DNA of 64,000 nucleotides from NCBI RefSeq assembly GCF_035084215.1, contig NC_090329.1, positions 108,190,001 to 108,254,000 on the forward strand. Reading direction: 5' to 3'. The notes below the pieces were generated by a model. It did no database searches and was not told where the DNA came from. It worked only from the letters and a program-made list of their open reading frames with translations. The position numbers and the translations under genes are program-made. The DNA is from Heptranchias perlo (taxonomy: Eukaryota). Shown piece after piece: positions 12,920-23,659 of this stretch; position 1 is the first letter of the stretch; every line of letters begins with the position of its first letter.

Positions 12920-13994
12920 ATGAAGTCGTTAATATTCCCTGATATTAGTTTAATCTTTGATCTTAAGGACTTCTGTTCTTGATCTCAAAATAGTATACAG
13001 TCAGTATAGTTATCCATGCCGTATTCTTTATGCAAGCCATTACGCTTTCAAAATCATACATAAGCTTCCATAAAACTTTATATTTTACATAATGAAACCA
13101 AAGGGAATAAATGTTTTATCTTGTTTTGTTGGAACAACATCGATAAGGAATAAGTATTATTAATACTCAATGACTAGCCTGCAATTTCCCTTTAATATAC
13201 AGCATTCTTGAAGAGCTGGATAGATTTGCTGTGCGAACTGTGTGGAACCCCTGTTTATTCAGCAGGGTGCGGCTTAAATAAGCTGGGTAAATCTGGTTTG
13301 TAGACACAAGGAATAAATAACAACAGCAGAGTTTAAGAAGTGTAATTATACCACTCATATACTTACCAATGTGTAAAAACAGAAAGTCTGGCTTTTGATG
13401 TGATCAAAAAGAAAAACAATATGAAATTTGAGGTTCTGTCCTAGTTATGTAACTTGTGATTTGTGAACCATGTTTTCTATGCTTATCAAAAGAATGAAAA
13501 TCCACACAAGTGTTATAATAATTAAAGAGATTGCAGACATAATAAAATACAAGTAAATTTAAAGCTGATGTTGACTAGTAGCTTCTAAATTTAAATACTC
13601 TTTCTGTTTTTCATCAGTTGTTTTGTTCTCCCCTAACCTTCCCTGCTCTCCCGAAGGCACTGACTTATACCACGATGCGGTTTAGCAGATTCTGTCAACC
13701 ATCTTGTACATCATCCAAGGGGCCACATTCCTCACGTGTGCCTTGACAGTGAATGTCGGCAGGCTATTCGACTTTGGTGACTCCACTGCTCAACCCAATC
13801 CCATTCTCAGAGGACAACCAGACAAGCACAGTTTCCAGCAGGAATTACTGAATAACAATCAGAAGTGAGTATCCTGGCTGAACCAGGAGACACTGAGACC
13901 AATTTGGTTTGTATGGCTCAGTACCGCAAGAAGATTCAACTTGGAACTTTCCTCTATAACTCCATTGAAATGTTATTGTTGACCAGCAATAAGG

Positions 13995-14475
13995 TGCTCT
14001 AAATCTGGAGCACTCTGTTCAGTTCTGGTCCCTGTATTACAGGAGAGATATAGAGTTATTAAAGGGAGTCCAGAGAAGGGTTGCAAAGCTGATTCTTGAG
14101 CTTGGAAGGCAGGCTACAAGGAAGAATTGTCTACCTAGAAATGTACTCTCGGGAGAAGAAAGAGGTCTTAAAAATTTTTAGGGTTGTGGAGAATTTAGAT
14201 CCAGGAAAGAGGATTCAAGGACCAGGGGACACAATTTAAAGTTTAGGGTGTCAAAGGAAAATAAGAAATTTAGGCAAAGTTTTGAGGGTGATAGAATTAT
14301 GGAACAGATTACGAGCAGGTATGGTGGAACAGAAAATCATGGCAAGCTTTGAAAAAGGACTGGATACATTTCTATTAGTAAATAGGGATCATGAATCTTA
14401 GTTCTGGAATCACGTTAAAGAATCTGATAGGAGGTTTGGAAGCGTAAGGTAGATGGACCAATGGTCCTCTCCCTA
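13995..14475 (+). mobile_element. Old CR1 3' fragment
   Basis: LEHSVQFWSLYYRRDI and VQRRVAKLI-like motifs, with a degenerate CR1 3' UTR (gatggaccaatggtcct). Confidence 0.65.
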
Positions 14476-15985
14476 TACAAAGCATTACTATATTCCAACC
14501 ATCGGGGATCATTTTTTGAGACATCTATTCTTCTTTCAGTTGCTTCTGCCCGCACCATGTTATTGTACCAAATATATCACAATTTTATTCAACACACCTA
14601 CTGTGATCATACATGCCAAACAAAGCTTGTGCATGTGTGTGCGAGCATGGCCTTGTGACTCTCACACTGGCTCAACATCAAATACCAGCAGGAGGTGAGA
14701 TATTGGGTGTTTTAGATGGAGAAATGATCAGTTTTTAGTTGCAATGTAATTCATAGGAACAAGAGTAAGCCATTCGACCCCTTGACCCTGTTCCTCCATT
14801 CAATTAGATCATGGCTGATCTGTACCTCAACTCCATTTACTCGCCTTGTTAGAAAAAAATGAAATATTTTCTATATTATTGATTATCAACCTGTTCAGCT
14901 ATAAGTCAATACCTGTTGTATGATGATCAGAAATTTTCAAAGCAGTTTTTCTTTAACTTATTGATATTTGTACAAGTTATATCCATTTAATTTGAAGTTT
15001 GTTTTTAAGGGCAGCTAACACACCCAACATAATGTGAGTCGCAAGCACATCAATATAGATTGGAATTTCACTGAAAATGGAGCAGAAGCTGTTCCTATGA
15101 TAGGCCTCAGTGAACAAATGTAATTCAGCTGTTCATTTGACTGTGGCTGGGAAATTCCTTGGAGCTGCTCCCGCTCTGCCACCGTGACTTCGCTGCAAGT
15201 TACCCAGTTATTGCATGTAAACGGGGTTCCTGCCGTACTTCTGGTGATGTTTCTCAGTATCACTGAATTCATGGCGCCTCCCTGGCATTAGGCCTGAACA
15301 AATTTTTCTTTTCATATGTATGGAAATGTATCCCATGATACACAGAATATAAAGAAGTCAGCCTTGGCTCAGTGATAGCACTCTCACCTCTAAATTGGAA
15401 GGATGTGGATTGAAGCCCCATTCCAGAGACTTGAGCACATAATCTAGATTGGCACTTCAGTGCAGTACTGAGGGGGTGCTGCCTTTTGGATGAGCCGTTA
15501 AACTGAGACGCCGGGCCCGATTTTAGCACCCGCTATCGGGTGCGTTCTCGGTGGGGGGGGCCTCGAAAATCGTGAAATGCAGGACCCCGACCGGATCCCG
15601 CCTCGATCCCGCCCACTTCCGGGTTCCCCACTGACGCGCTGGCGTGCGCGCGCAGCCCCCGCTGGTGGGAATCCTGCAGGCAATTAAAGCCAGCGGGATG
15701 CCACTTGAGAGTATTTATTTAGCTATTTCAGGTCATTAACTGACCTGATTGAGCTGTTTTATTAAAAAGGGTGGGATTTTACCTTGAACTGAGACTGTTT
15801 CCCATACTGGGGTAAACACTCTGGGCCCGATTTTACCAGGGGTGCGGGTTGGCAGCGGGTGGTCGGGCGGGCTCGAGGAAAACGCGCCGGCCAAATTGAG
15901 TGCGTTGCGCACGCGATCGCGGGATGATTGATGTGATTAGCCGGCAGTTACGGGTTCCGCGCTTCTCAGCTGCGTGCCGGCGGCC

Positions 15986-16031
15986 TGCGCATGCGCATTG
16001 ACGTCTGAGCGATGGTTGCGCTCTATTTAAA
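15986..16031 (+). promoter_or_regulatory. Putative promoter of the inner Myb/SANT gene (NRF1 palindrome + TATA-like box)
   Basis: TGCGCATGCGCA at 15986-15997 and TATTTAAA at 16024-16031, ~50 bp before ATG 16081. Both are conserved in the outer copy (23743-23754, 23709-23716). Confidence 0.6.
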
Positions 16032-16080
16032 GGGGCAGTCCACCAAAGCCCCTCCAGCCACAAACTACACTCCATCAAGG

Positions 16081-17951
16081 ATGGAGGAGCACAGGGGTAA
16101 GGCTGCTCCCCGTTTCACGGACCACGCCCTCCAGGTGCTGCTGGACGGGGTCCGCATGAGGAGGGAGACGCTGTTCCCCACGGATGGAAGGAGGTGCCCT
16201 GCCAGCGCCACCAAGAGGGCATGGGAGGAGGTGGCCGCGGAGGTCACAAGCAGGGGAAACACCACCCGCACTTGGATTCAGTGCCGCAAGAGATTCAATG
16301 ACCTCACCAGGTCCGGAAAAGTGAGTACACTAACGCATTCTGCATCACTCCGTCTTCCACATCACCTCAAACACCTCACAACCCCATCTCCACTGACAGT
16401 ACTGCGCTCCCGCACCAATCCTCACAGCCACCCAACTATCATCCTCACAGTGCCTGCACGTACCCACCGTCCCTGTCCCCACTCGACCACTACCACACAC
16501 CCCAATGCCCATACAATGGGATGGCCATGTGGCACACGCATCCTCCCATCCATCTGGCACACGTTCAACCCAATCACACCAATGCTTGAAGCGTCTCACA
16601 TTGTAATCATCACTCAATAACGTTTTTGTGTTTTGCCCTCACAGGAGAAGAGGGCCAGGAACGCACGCGATAGGGCATGCACCGGAGGGGGCCCGCCACA
16701 CGAGGTGGCCCTGACAGACGCCGAGGTCGAGGCACTGGAGATCAGCCGCACGCTGCATTGCCTGTCGATGGCGGATGGCGAGTCTGGTTCTGGCGAAACG
16801 GCCGGTAAGGGAAAGCTGGCACTCATCACTCATGATCGTGAATGATCGTAGCATCACATGGCATATGCCGCACCGCCACATTTGGTCACATGCCTGATAT
16901 TTCCCTCTGTTCTCTTCCAGGACCGTCTGCGATCGACGTCTCGGTTGAGGGCGATTCCTCAGAGGACATGCCCGTCTCTGAGGGTGCATCGTCACACATG
17001 AGCCTTGCATCCACCAGCGCAGATACACACACCTCGGTGGGTCCCCCCCCTCAGCTAGTTGGGATTGCACATGGTGAGTCACCGCGCACACATGAGCATG
17101 AGCAGACCCTGGTGGCAGGGTCAGCCGCGGAGGGTCCGCGTCGGTGGGAGCACTCTTCTCCAGGCTTTGCTCAGCCGGACCCAGATGCTGAACCCAGGGG
17201 GCCACCTGTCAAAAGGAGAGTCGTCGAGGGGCACCAGAACATTGCTGAGGTACTGGGAGAGGTGCCACGCGCACTCTCCACAATCGCACGGAGGATGGAG
17301 GAGTCCAACTCCTGCATGAGGGGAATGGTGGCACAGGTGCAGGAGGGTATCGCCGAGATAGTGTCGCAGGGACGTGAAGGCATCTCTGAGATAGTGTCGC
17401 GGGTAGGTGTGGGAACGTCTGCGGTGGAGGACAGGCTAGCCTCCCTCGAGCGTCACGCACAGCTCACCAATGAGTCCATCCAGGCCCTCACAACGGCTGT
17501 TCGGATTCAGGGTGAACAACATTCTGCCGCCATCAACAGGTTGACAGATACATTGGAGGTGGCCTTGCAAGGTCTCACCCACGTCATCCAAACTGCCGTC
17601 CAGCAGGGTGGAAGGGGTGATGTGGGCCTTGGCCATGAGAGGGAAGATGGTGAACGGGGAAATGGAAGTGTGGACGCTACTCAAGGCGCCCCCAAGTCTC
17701 ACCCGTTGCCCCCCTCTCAACCAGTGCCCGCAATAGTCCATCCTCTCCAGGTGGCCGAGTCTGCCCCTGCACAGGTGCAGGAGGAGCAGTCTGTGGAGGT
17801 GCCCTCACGGGCACCGAAACCCAGGGGGCGTCGGCCCAAAGCATCTACCCGGTCAGGGCACGAACAGGAGCAACCTGCCACCACCTCTGCTGGAGCCACA
17901 GGGGTAGCACCACGTAGGGGGTCCCGAAAACGAACGCCTAAAGTTCCGTGA
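16081..17951 (+). CDS. Harbinger Myb/SANT-like DNA-binding protein, 3 exons (16081-16320, 16645-16804, 16921-17951), 476 aa
   Basis: Exon 1 encodes APRFTDHALQVLLDGV...AWEEVAAEV...RTWIQCRKRFNDL. Donors gtgagt (16321) and gtaagg (16805); acceptors cacag (16644) and ttccag (16920). 240+160+1031 nt stays in frame to TGA. AATAAA at 18021. Confidence 0.9.
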
Positions 17952-18248
17952 GCACACAGGGATTGCAACAGGGTGTTTGTCGTTTTTTTTTAATTTTCTA
18001 CTCTTTGAATGTCACCACAAAATAAACTCACTTTTTCTCACCAATGCTGCCACCTCTTGTCCATAATTCTGCGGCTTGTGCAATATATCCCTTCCCTGCG
18101 CCTCATCATGACGACGACCACCCCGTCCCACCCATTGAGCATAATCCAGTGGGTGCAGGTGTACAGGCACCACTCTTCTGTGGAGGGAGCCTGTATGGAC
18201 CCTCGTCTGTGCACGTTATGACATGTGAACGCCTCACACAGTGTGATG

Positions 18249-19484
18249 TTAGGAGAACCGTTGGCATATGAGTGCCTCCCTGGCCTGACGAGCACGCAGG
18301 TGAGCCGGTGTTCGGCGCATGGGTCGTTCCTCCTCCTCTCCCTCTTCCTCCTCCTCCTCTTCCTCCTCCACCTCCTCCTCATTGTCGTCCTCAATGTGGG
18401 TGGCGGGTGTGCATGGGGCCTCCTCCAGCGGCACCCCTCTCTGTAGTGCCATGTTATGCAGGGCACAGCAGACAACTATAATTCGTCCCACTCTGAATGG
18501 CGTGTATTGGAGCGCTCCCCCGGAACGATCAAGGCACCTGAAGCGCATCTTGAGCAGCCCTATAGCCTGCTCAATTGTAGACCTGGTAGCAATGTGGCTG
18601 TCATTATACCGACGCTGTGGCTCGGTAATGGGGTTCCTCAGAGGTGTCATAAGCCACGTGTGCAAGGGATATCCCTTGTCGCCGAGGAGCCAGCCGTTGC
18701 CGGCGTTGGGTGCGTGGAAGAGGGGCGGGACGGTGGACTCCCTGAGGACGAAGGCATCGTGGCAGCTGCCAGGGTATCTGGCGCACACGTGTAGGAATCT
18801 CTGGCGGTGGTCACAGATGAGCTGGGCGTTCATGGAGTGATACCCTTTCCTGTTGATAAACAGCCCTGGCTCATGTGGAGGTGCCCGTATTGCTATGTGG
18901 GTGCAATCGATTACACCCTGCACCCGTGGGAAGCCAGCCATGGCATGGAATCCAACCGCCCTCTCCGTCTGGCTGCGCTCATCCATGGCGAAGTTGATGT
19001 AGGTCGAGGCCCTGCGGAACAACCCATCGGTGACCTGCCTTATGCACTTGTGTGCAGACGACTGACAGACCCCGGTGATGTCCCCCGTGGCACCCTGGAA
19101 GGATCCGGAGGCGAAGAAGTTGAGGGCAGTGGTGACTTTGACGGCGACGGGTAAGAAGATGCTGCTTGGTCCATCCGGGAGCAGCTCGTCATTGAGGAGG
19201 CTGCAGATGTCGGCGACTACCTGGCGAGTGACTCTGAGCCTCCGTATGCACTGCTGCTCAGAGAGGTCCATGAAGCTGAGCCTCGGTCTGTAGACCCTGT
19301 GCGGAGGGTAGTGCCTCCTGCGACGCATCTCTCTCTGCGGATGCCCTCCATCCTGCTGTGCAGGTGGATGTGCCGCAGCACCGTGTTGTGGGGATGCATG
19401 TCTCTGAGGCGGACGGCGTGGACTGCGAGGCTGCTGAGGCTGGTCATCCTGTTCGTCCTCCGAGGATGTCAACGCAGCACCCAT
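18249..19484 (-). CDS. Harbinger DDE transposase (HARBI1-like nuclease), intact 411 aa
   Basis: VKVTTALNFFASGSFQ HTH region, GVIDCTH, NRKGYHSMNAQLICD, YPGSCHD, LLGDKGY, RSTIEQAIGLLKMRFRCL, CCALHN and an acidic tail. It lies inside TIRs, so it is a transposon gene rather than domesticated HARBI1. Confidence 0.95.
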   Translation of the reverse strand: MGAALTSSEDEQDDQPQQPRSPRRPPQRHASPQHGAAAHPPAQQDGGHPQREMRRRRHYPPHRVYRPRLSFMDLSEQQCIRRLRVTRQVVADICSLLNDELLPDGPSSIFLPVAVKVTTALNFFASGSFQGATGDITGVCQSSAHKCIRQVTDGLFRRASTYINFAMDERSQTERAVGFHAMAGFPRVQGVIDCTHIAIRAPPHEPGLFINRKGYHSMNAQLICDHRQRFLHVCARYPGSCHDAFVLRESTVPPLFHAPNAGNGWLLGDKGYPLHTWLMTPLRNPITEPQRRYNDSHIATRSTIEQAIGLLKMRFRCLDRSGGALQYTPFRVGRIIVVCCALHNMALQRGVPLEEAPCTPATHIEDDNEEEVEEEEEEEEEGEEEERPMRRTPAHLRARQAREALICQRFS

Positions 19485-20260
19485 CTGGCAGGTTTAGGTT
19501 TGCGGGGTTGTGAACGCTAGAAAAGTGTGTCCTCGCACAGGGGTTGGACTTCCACGCCGGTGAATCTTCTTGCTTGGAGGAGGGTGGTGGAGGGCAAGCG
19601 TTGCCCAATGTTACGGAGTGTCCTCCTGCGTTGGTGAAGGCTCTCCCCCCCCCCACCTGTGGAATGCACCTTGGCAGCTGCCACAGGCTGCTGGCTGCAA
19701 CACGTCCGTTGAGAGTGTGAGTGTTTCCCCCAGTATGGGAAACAGTCTCATTTCACTGTAAAATCCGACACCTGTTAAATAAACAGCTCAATCAGGTCAT
19801 TTAATGACCTGAAATACCAAGATAAATACACTCAAGTGGAACCCCGCTGGCTTTAATTGCCTGCGGGATTCCCACCAGCGGGGCCAACGCACGCACCCCC
19901 GCACGTCAGCGCGCAACCCGGAAGTGGGCGGGATCGAGGCGCGATCCGGTCCCGCTCCTCGAAACCGGGATTTTAGAGGCCCCCCCGCCGAGAACGCACC
20001 CGGAACCGGGTGCTAAAATCGGGCCCTCTCACTCCAAACGGACGTGTTGCAGCCAGCAGCCTGTGGCAGCTGGCAAGGTGCATTCCACAGGTTGGGGGGG
20101 AGAGCCTTCACCAACGCAGGAGGACACTCCGTAACATTGGGCAACGCCTGCCCTCCACCACCCTCCTCCAAGCAAGAAGATTCACTGACGTGGAACCGCA
20201 ACCCCGGTGCGAGGACACACTTACCTACCGTGCACAACCCCTCAGACCTACACCTGCCAG

Positions 20261-21487
20261 ATGGGGGCCGCCTTGACATCCTCGGAGGACGAACAGCATC
20301 ACCAGCCCCAGCAGCCTCGCAGTCCACGCCGTCCGCCTCAGAGACGTGGATCCCCACAACACGGTGCTGTGGCACATCCACCTGCACAGCAGGAGGGAGG
20401 GCAACCGCAGAGAGAGATGCGTCGCAGGAGGCACTACCCTCCGCACAGGGTCTACAGACCGAGGCTCAGCTTCATGGACCTCTCTGAGCAGCAGTGCATA
20501 CGGAGGCTCAGAGTCACTCGCCAGGTAGTCGCCGACATCTGCAGCCTCCTTAATGACGAGTTGCTCCCGGATGGACCAAGCAGCATCTTCTTACCCGTCG
20601 CCGTCAAAGTCACCACTGCCCTCAACTTCTTCGCCTCCGGATCCTTCCAGGGTGCCACCGGGGACATCACCGGGGTCTCTCAGTCGTCTGCACACAAGTG
20701 CATAAGGCAGGTCACCGATAGGTTGTTCCACAGGGCCTCGCACTACATCAGCTTCGCCATGGATGAGCGCAGCCAGATGGAGAGGGCGGTTGGATTCCAT
20801 GCTGTGGCTGGCTTCCCACGGATGCAGGGTGTAATCGATTGCACCCACATAGCAATGCGGGCACCTCCACATGAGCCAGGGCTGTTCATCAACAGGAAGG
20901 GGTATCACTCCATGAACGCCCAGCTCATTTGTGACCACCGCCAGAGATTCCGACACGTGTGCGCCAGATACCCTGGCAGCTGCCACGATGCCTTCGTCCT
21001 CAGGGAGTCCACCGTCCCGCCCCTCTTCCACGCACCCAACACCGGCAACGGCTGGCTCCTTGGCGACAAGGGATATCCCCTGCACACGTGGCTTATGACA
21101 CCTCTGAGGAACCCCATCACTGAGCCGCAGCATCGATATAATGACAGCCACATTGCTACCAGGTCTGCAATTGAGCAGGCTATAGGGCTGCTCAAGATGC
21201 GCTTCAGGTGCCTTGATTGTTCTGGGGGAGCGCTCCAATACACGCCACTCAGAGTGGGACGAATTATAGTTGTCTGCTGTGCCCTGCACAACATGGCACA
21301 ACAGAGAGGGGTTCCGCTGGAGGAGGCCCCATGCACACCCGCCACCCACATTGAGGACGACGATGAGCAGGAGGAGGAGGAGGAGGAGTACGAGCGAGAG
21401 GAGGAGGAATGACCCATGGGCCGAACACCGGCTCACCTGGATGCTCGTCAGGCCAGGGAGGCACTCATATGCCAACAGTTCTCCTAA
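20261..21487 (+). CDS. Harbinger DDE transposase of the outer copy; premature TGA at 21410-21412 removes the last 25 codons
   Basis: Same motifs as 18249-19484 (about 23 aa differences by eye before the acidic tail). CGA(Arg) has become TGA after the poly-Glu; the frame continues PMGRTPAHLDARQAREALICQQFS to TAA 21485-21487. Confidence 0.9.
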
Positions 21488-21788
21488 CATCACACTGTCT
21501 GAGGCGTTCACATCTCATCACGTGCACAGACGAGGGTCCATACCATCCCCCTCCACAGAAGAGTGGTGCCAGTACTCCTGCACCCACTGTATTATGCCCA
21601 ATGGGTGGGACCGGGTGTTCGTCGTCATGATGAGGCGCACGGAAGGGACCTATTGCACAAGCCGCTGAAGAATGGACAAGAGGTGGCAGCAGTGGTGAGA
21701 ACAATTGTGTTTATTGTTAATGTGCATTCAAGGACTAAAAATAAAAACCTAACAATTTGTCAGACACCCTGGTGCATTCCCTTTGTGT

Positions 21789-23659
21789 TCAAAAAACCTT
21801 TGCTTTACGTTTTCGGGAACCCCTACGTGGTGCTACCCCTGTGGCTCCAGCAGAGGTAGTGGCAGGTTGCTCCTGTTCGTGCCCTGACCGGGTAGATGCT
21901 TTGGGCCGACGCCCCCTGGGTTTCGGTGCCCGTGAGGGCACCTCCACAGACTGCTCCTCCTGCACCTGTGCAGGGACAGACTCGGCCACCTGGAGAGGAG
22001 GCACCATTGCGGGCACTGGTTGAGAGGGGGGCAACGGGTGAGACGTGGGGGCACCTTGAGTAGCGTCCCCACTTCCATGTCCCCGTTCACCATCTTCCCT
22101 CTCATGGCCTAGGCCCACATCACCCCTTCCACCCAGCTGGACGGCAGTTTGGATGACCTGTGTGAGACCTTGCAAGGCCACCTCCAATGTATCTGTCAAC
22201 CTGTTTATGGCGGCAGAATGTTGCTCACCCTGAATCCGAACAGCCGTTGTCAGGGCCTGCATGGACTCAATGTTGAGCTGTGCGTGACGCTCGAGGGAGG
22301 CTAGCCTGTCCTCCACCGCAGACATTCCCGCACCTACCCGCGACACTATCTCAGAGATGCCTTCACGTCCCTGCGACACTATCTCGGCGATACCCTCCTG
22401 TACCTGTGCCACCATTCCCCTCATGCAGGAGTAGGACTCCTCCATCCTCTGCGCGATTGTGGAGAGTGCTCGTGGCACCTCTCCCAGTACCTCGGCAATG
22501 TGCTGGTGCCCCTCAACAACTCTCCTTTTGACTGGTGGCCCCCTGGGTTCAGCATCTGGGTCCGGCTGAGCAAAGCCTGGAGAAGAATGCTCCCACCGAC
22601 GCGGACCCTCCGCGGCTGACCCTGCCACCAGGGTCTGCTCATGCTCACATGTGCGCGGTGACTCACCATGTGCAATCCCAACTAATTGAGGGGGGGGACC
22701 CACCGAGGTTTGTGCAGCTGCGCTGGTGGATGCTTGGCTCATATGTGACGATGCACCCTCAGAGACCGGCATGTCCTCTGAGGAATCGCCCTCAACGGAT
22801 ACGGCGCTCGCAGACGGCCCTGCAAGAGAACAGTGGGCAATATCAGGCATGTGGACAAATGTTGCGGTGCGGCAGATGCCAGGTGATGCTAAGATCATTC
22901 GCGATCATGAGTGCTGAGTGTCAGCTTTCCCTTACCGGACGTTTCTGCAGACCCAGCCTCGCCATCCGCCACGGACAAGCAATGTAGCGTGTGGCTAATC
23001 TCCAACGCGTCCACTTCGGCGTCCGTCAGAACCACCTGGTGTGGCGGGCCCCCTCCAGTACGTGCCCTTTCCCGGGCATTCTTGCATCTCTTCTCCTGTG
23101 AAGGCAAAACACCAATGCGTAATTGAGTGATGATTGCATTGTGAGACGCTTCAAGCATTGGTGTGGGTGGGTTGAGCGTGTGGCAGATGGATGGGATGAT
23201 GTGTGTGCCACATCCGCATCCCATTGTATGGGGATTGGGGTGTGTGGTAGTGTTCGAGTGGGGACAGGGACGGTGGGTACGTGCAGGCACAGTGAGGATG
23301 ATAGTTGAGTGGCTGTGAGGATTGTTGCGGGAGCGCTGTGGTGTCAGTGCAGAAGAGGTTGTGAGGTGTTTGAGGTGATGTGGAAGACGGAGTGTGGGAA
23401 AGTCCGTTAGTGTACTCACTTTCCCGGACCTGGTGAGGTCATTGAATCTCTTGCGACACTGGATCCAAGTTCTGGTGGTGTTGCCCCTGCTGCTGACCTC
23501 CGCCGCCACCTCCTCCCATGCCCTCTTGGTGGCGGAGCCAGGGCACCTCCTTCCGTCGCTGGGGAACAGCGTCTCCATCCTCCTCCTTACCCCGTCCAGC
23601 AGCAGCTGGAGTGCGTGGTCTGAGAATCGTGGGGCAGCCTTACCCCTGGGTTGCTCCAT
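21789..23659 (-). CDS. Harbinger Myb/SANT-like protein of the outer copy, 3 exons (23659-23420, 23095-22936, 22819-21789), 476 aa
   Basis: Exon sizes (240/160/1031) and GT-AG sites are identical to the inner copy; open through to the stop. Confidence 0.9.

Larger units (their letters stand above)
15823..20026. mobile_element. Inner intact autonomous-type PIF/Harbinger transposon, 4204 bp, TSD TCT, opposite orientation to the outer copy
   Basis: 13-bp perfect TIR GGGCCCGATTTTA at 15823 and its inverse ending at 20026. TCT at 15820-15822 and 20027-20029. Removing it restores aaacactctcactccaaacggacgtg, homologous to the inner element's own 19701-19726 reversed. Confidence 0.96.

Noticed and set aside
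15356-15430. tRNA gene
   Set aside because: The A/B-box-like sequence is the degenerate head of a SINE and continues into the SINE core; no full cloverleaf.
16012-16620. 202-aa ORF (and 22895..23659, 254 aa) as complete single-exon proteins
   Set aside because: The Myb homology ends at a GTGAGT donor; the remainder is intron read-through. The 369-aa ORFs are exon 3 with intronic starts.
18249-21487. Domesticated host HARBI1 gene pair or tandem gene duplication
   Set aside because: Both ORFs lie within TIR- and TSD-bounded elements with partner Myb genes, so they are transposon copies.
20591-21511. 306-aa antisense ORF and other overlapping ORFs within the Harbingers
   Set aside because: Shadow frames of GC-rich coding DNA; not kept open at the same length in the sister copy.
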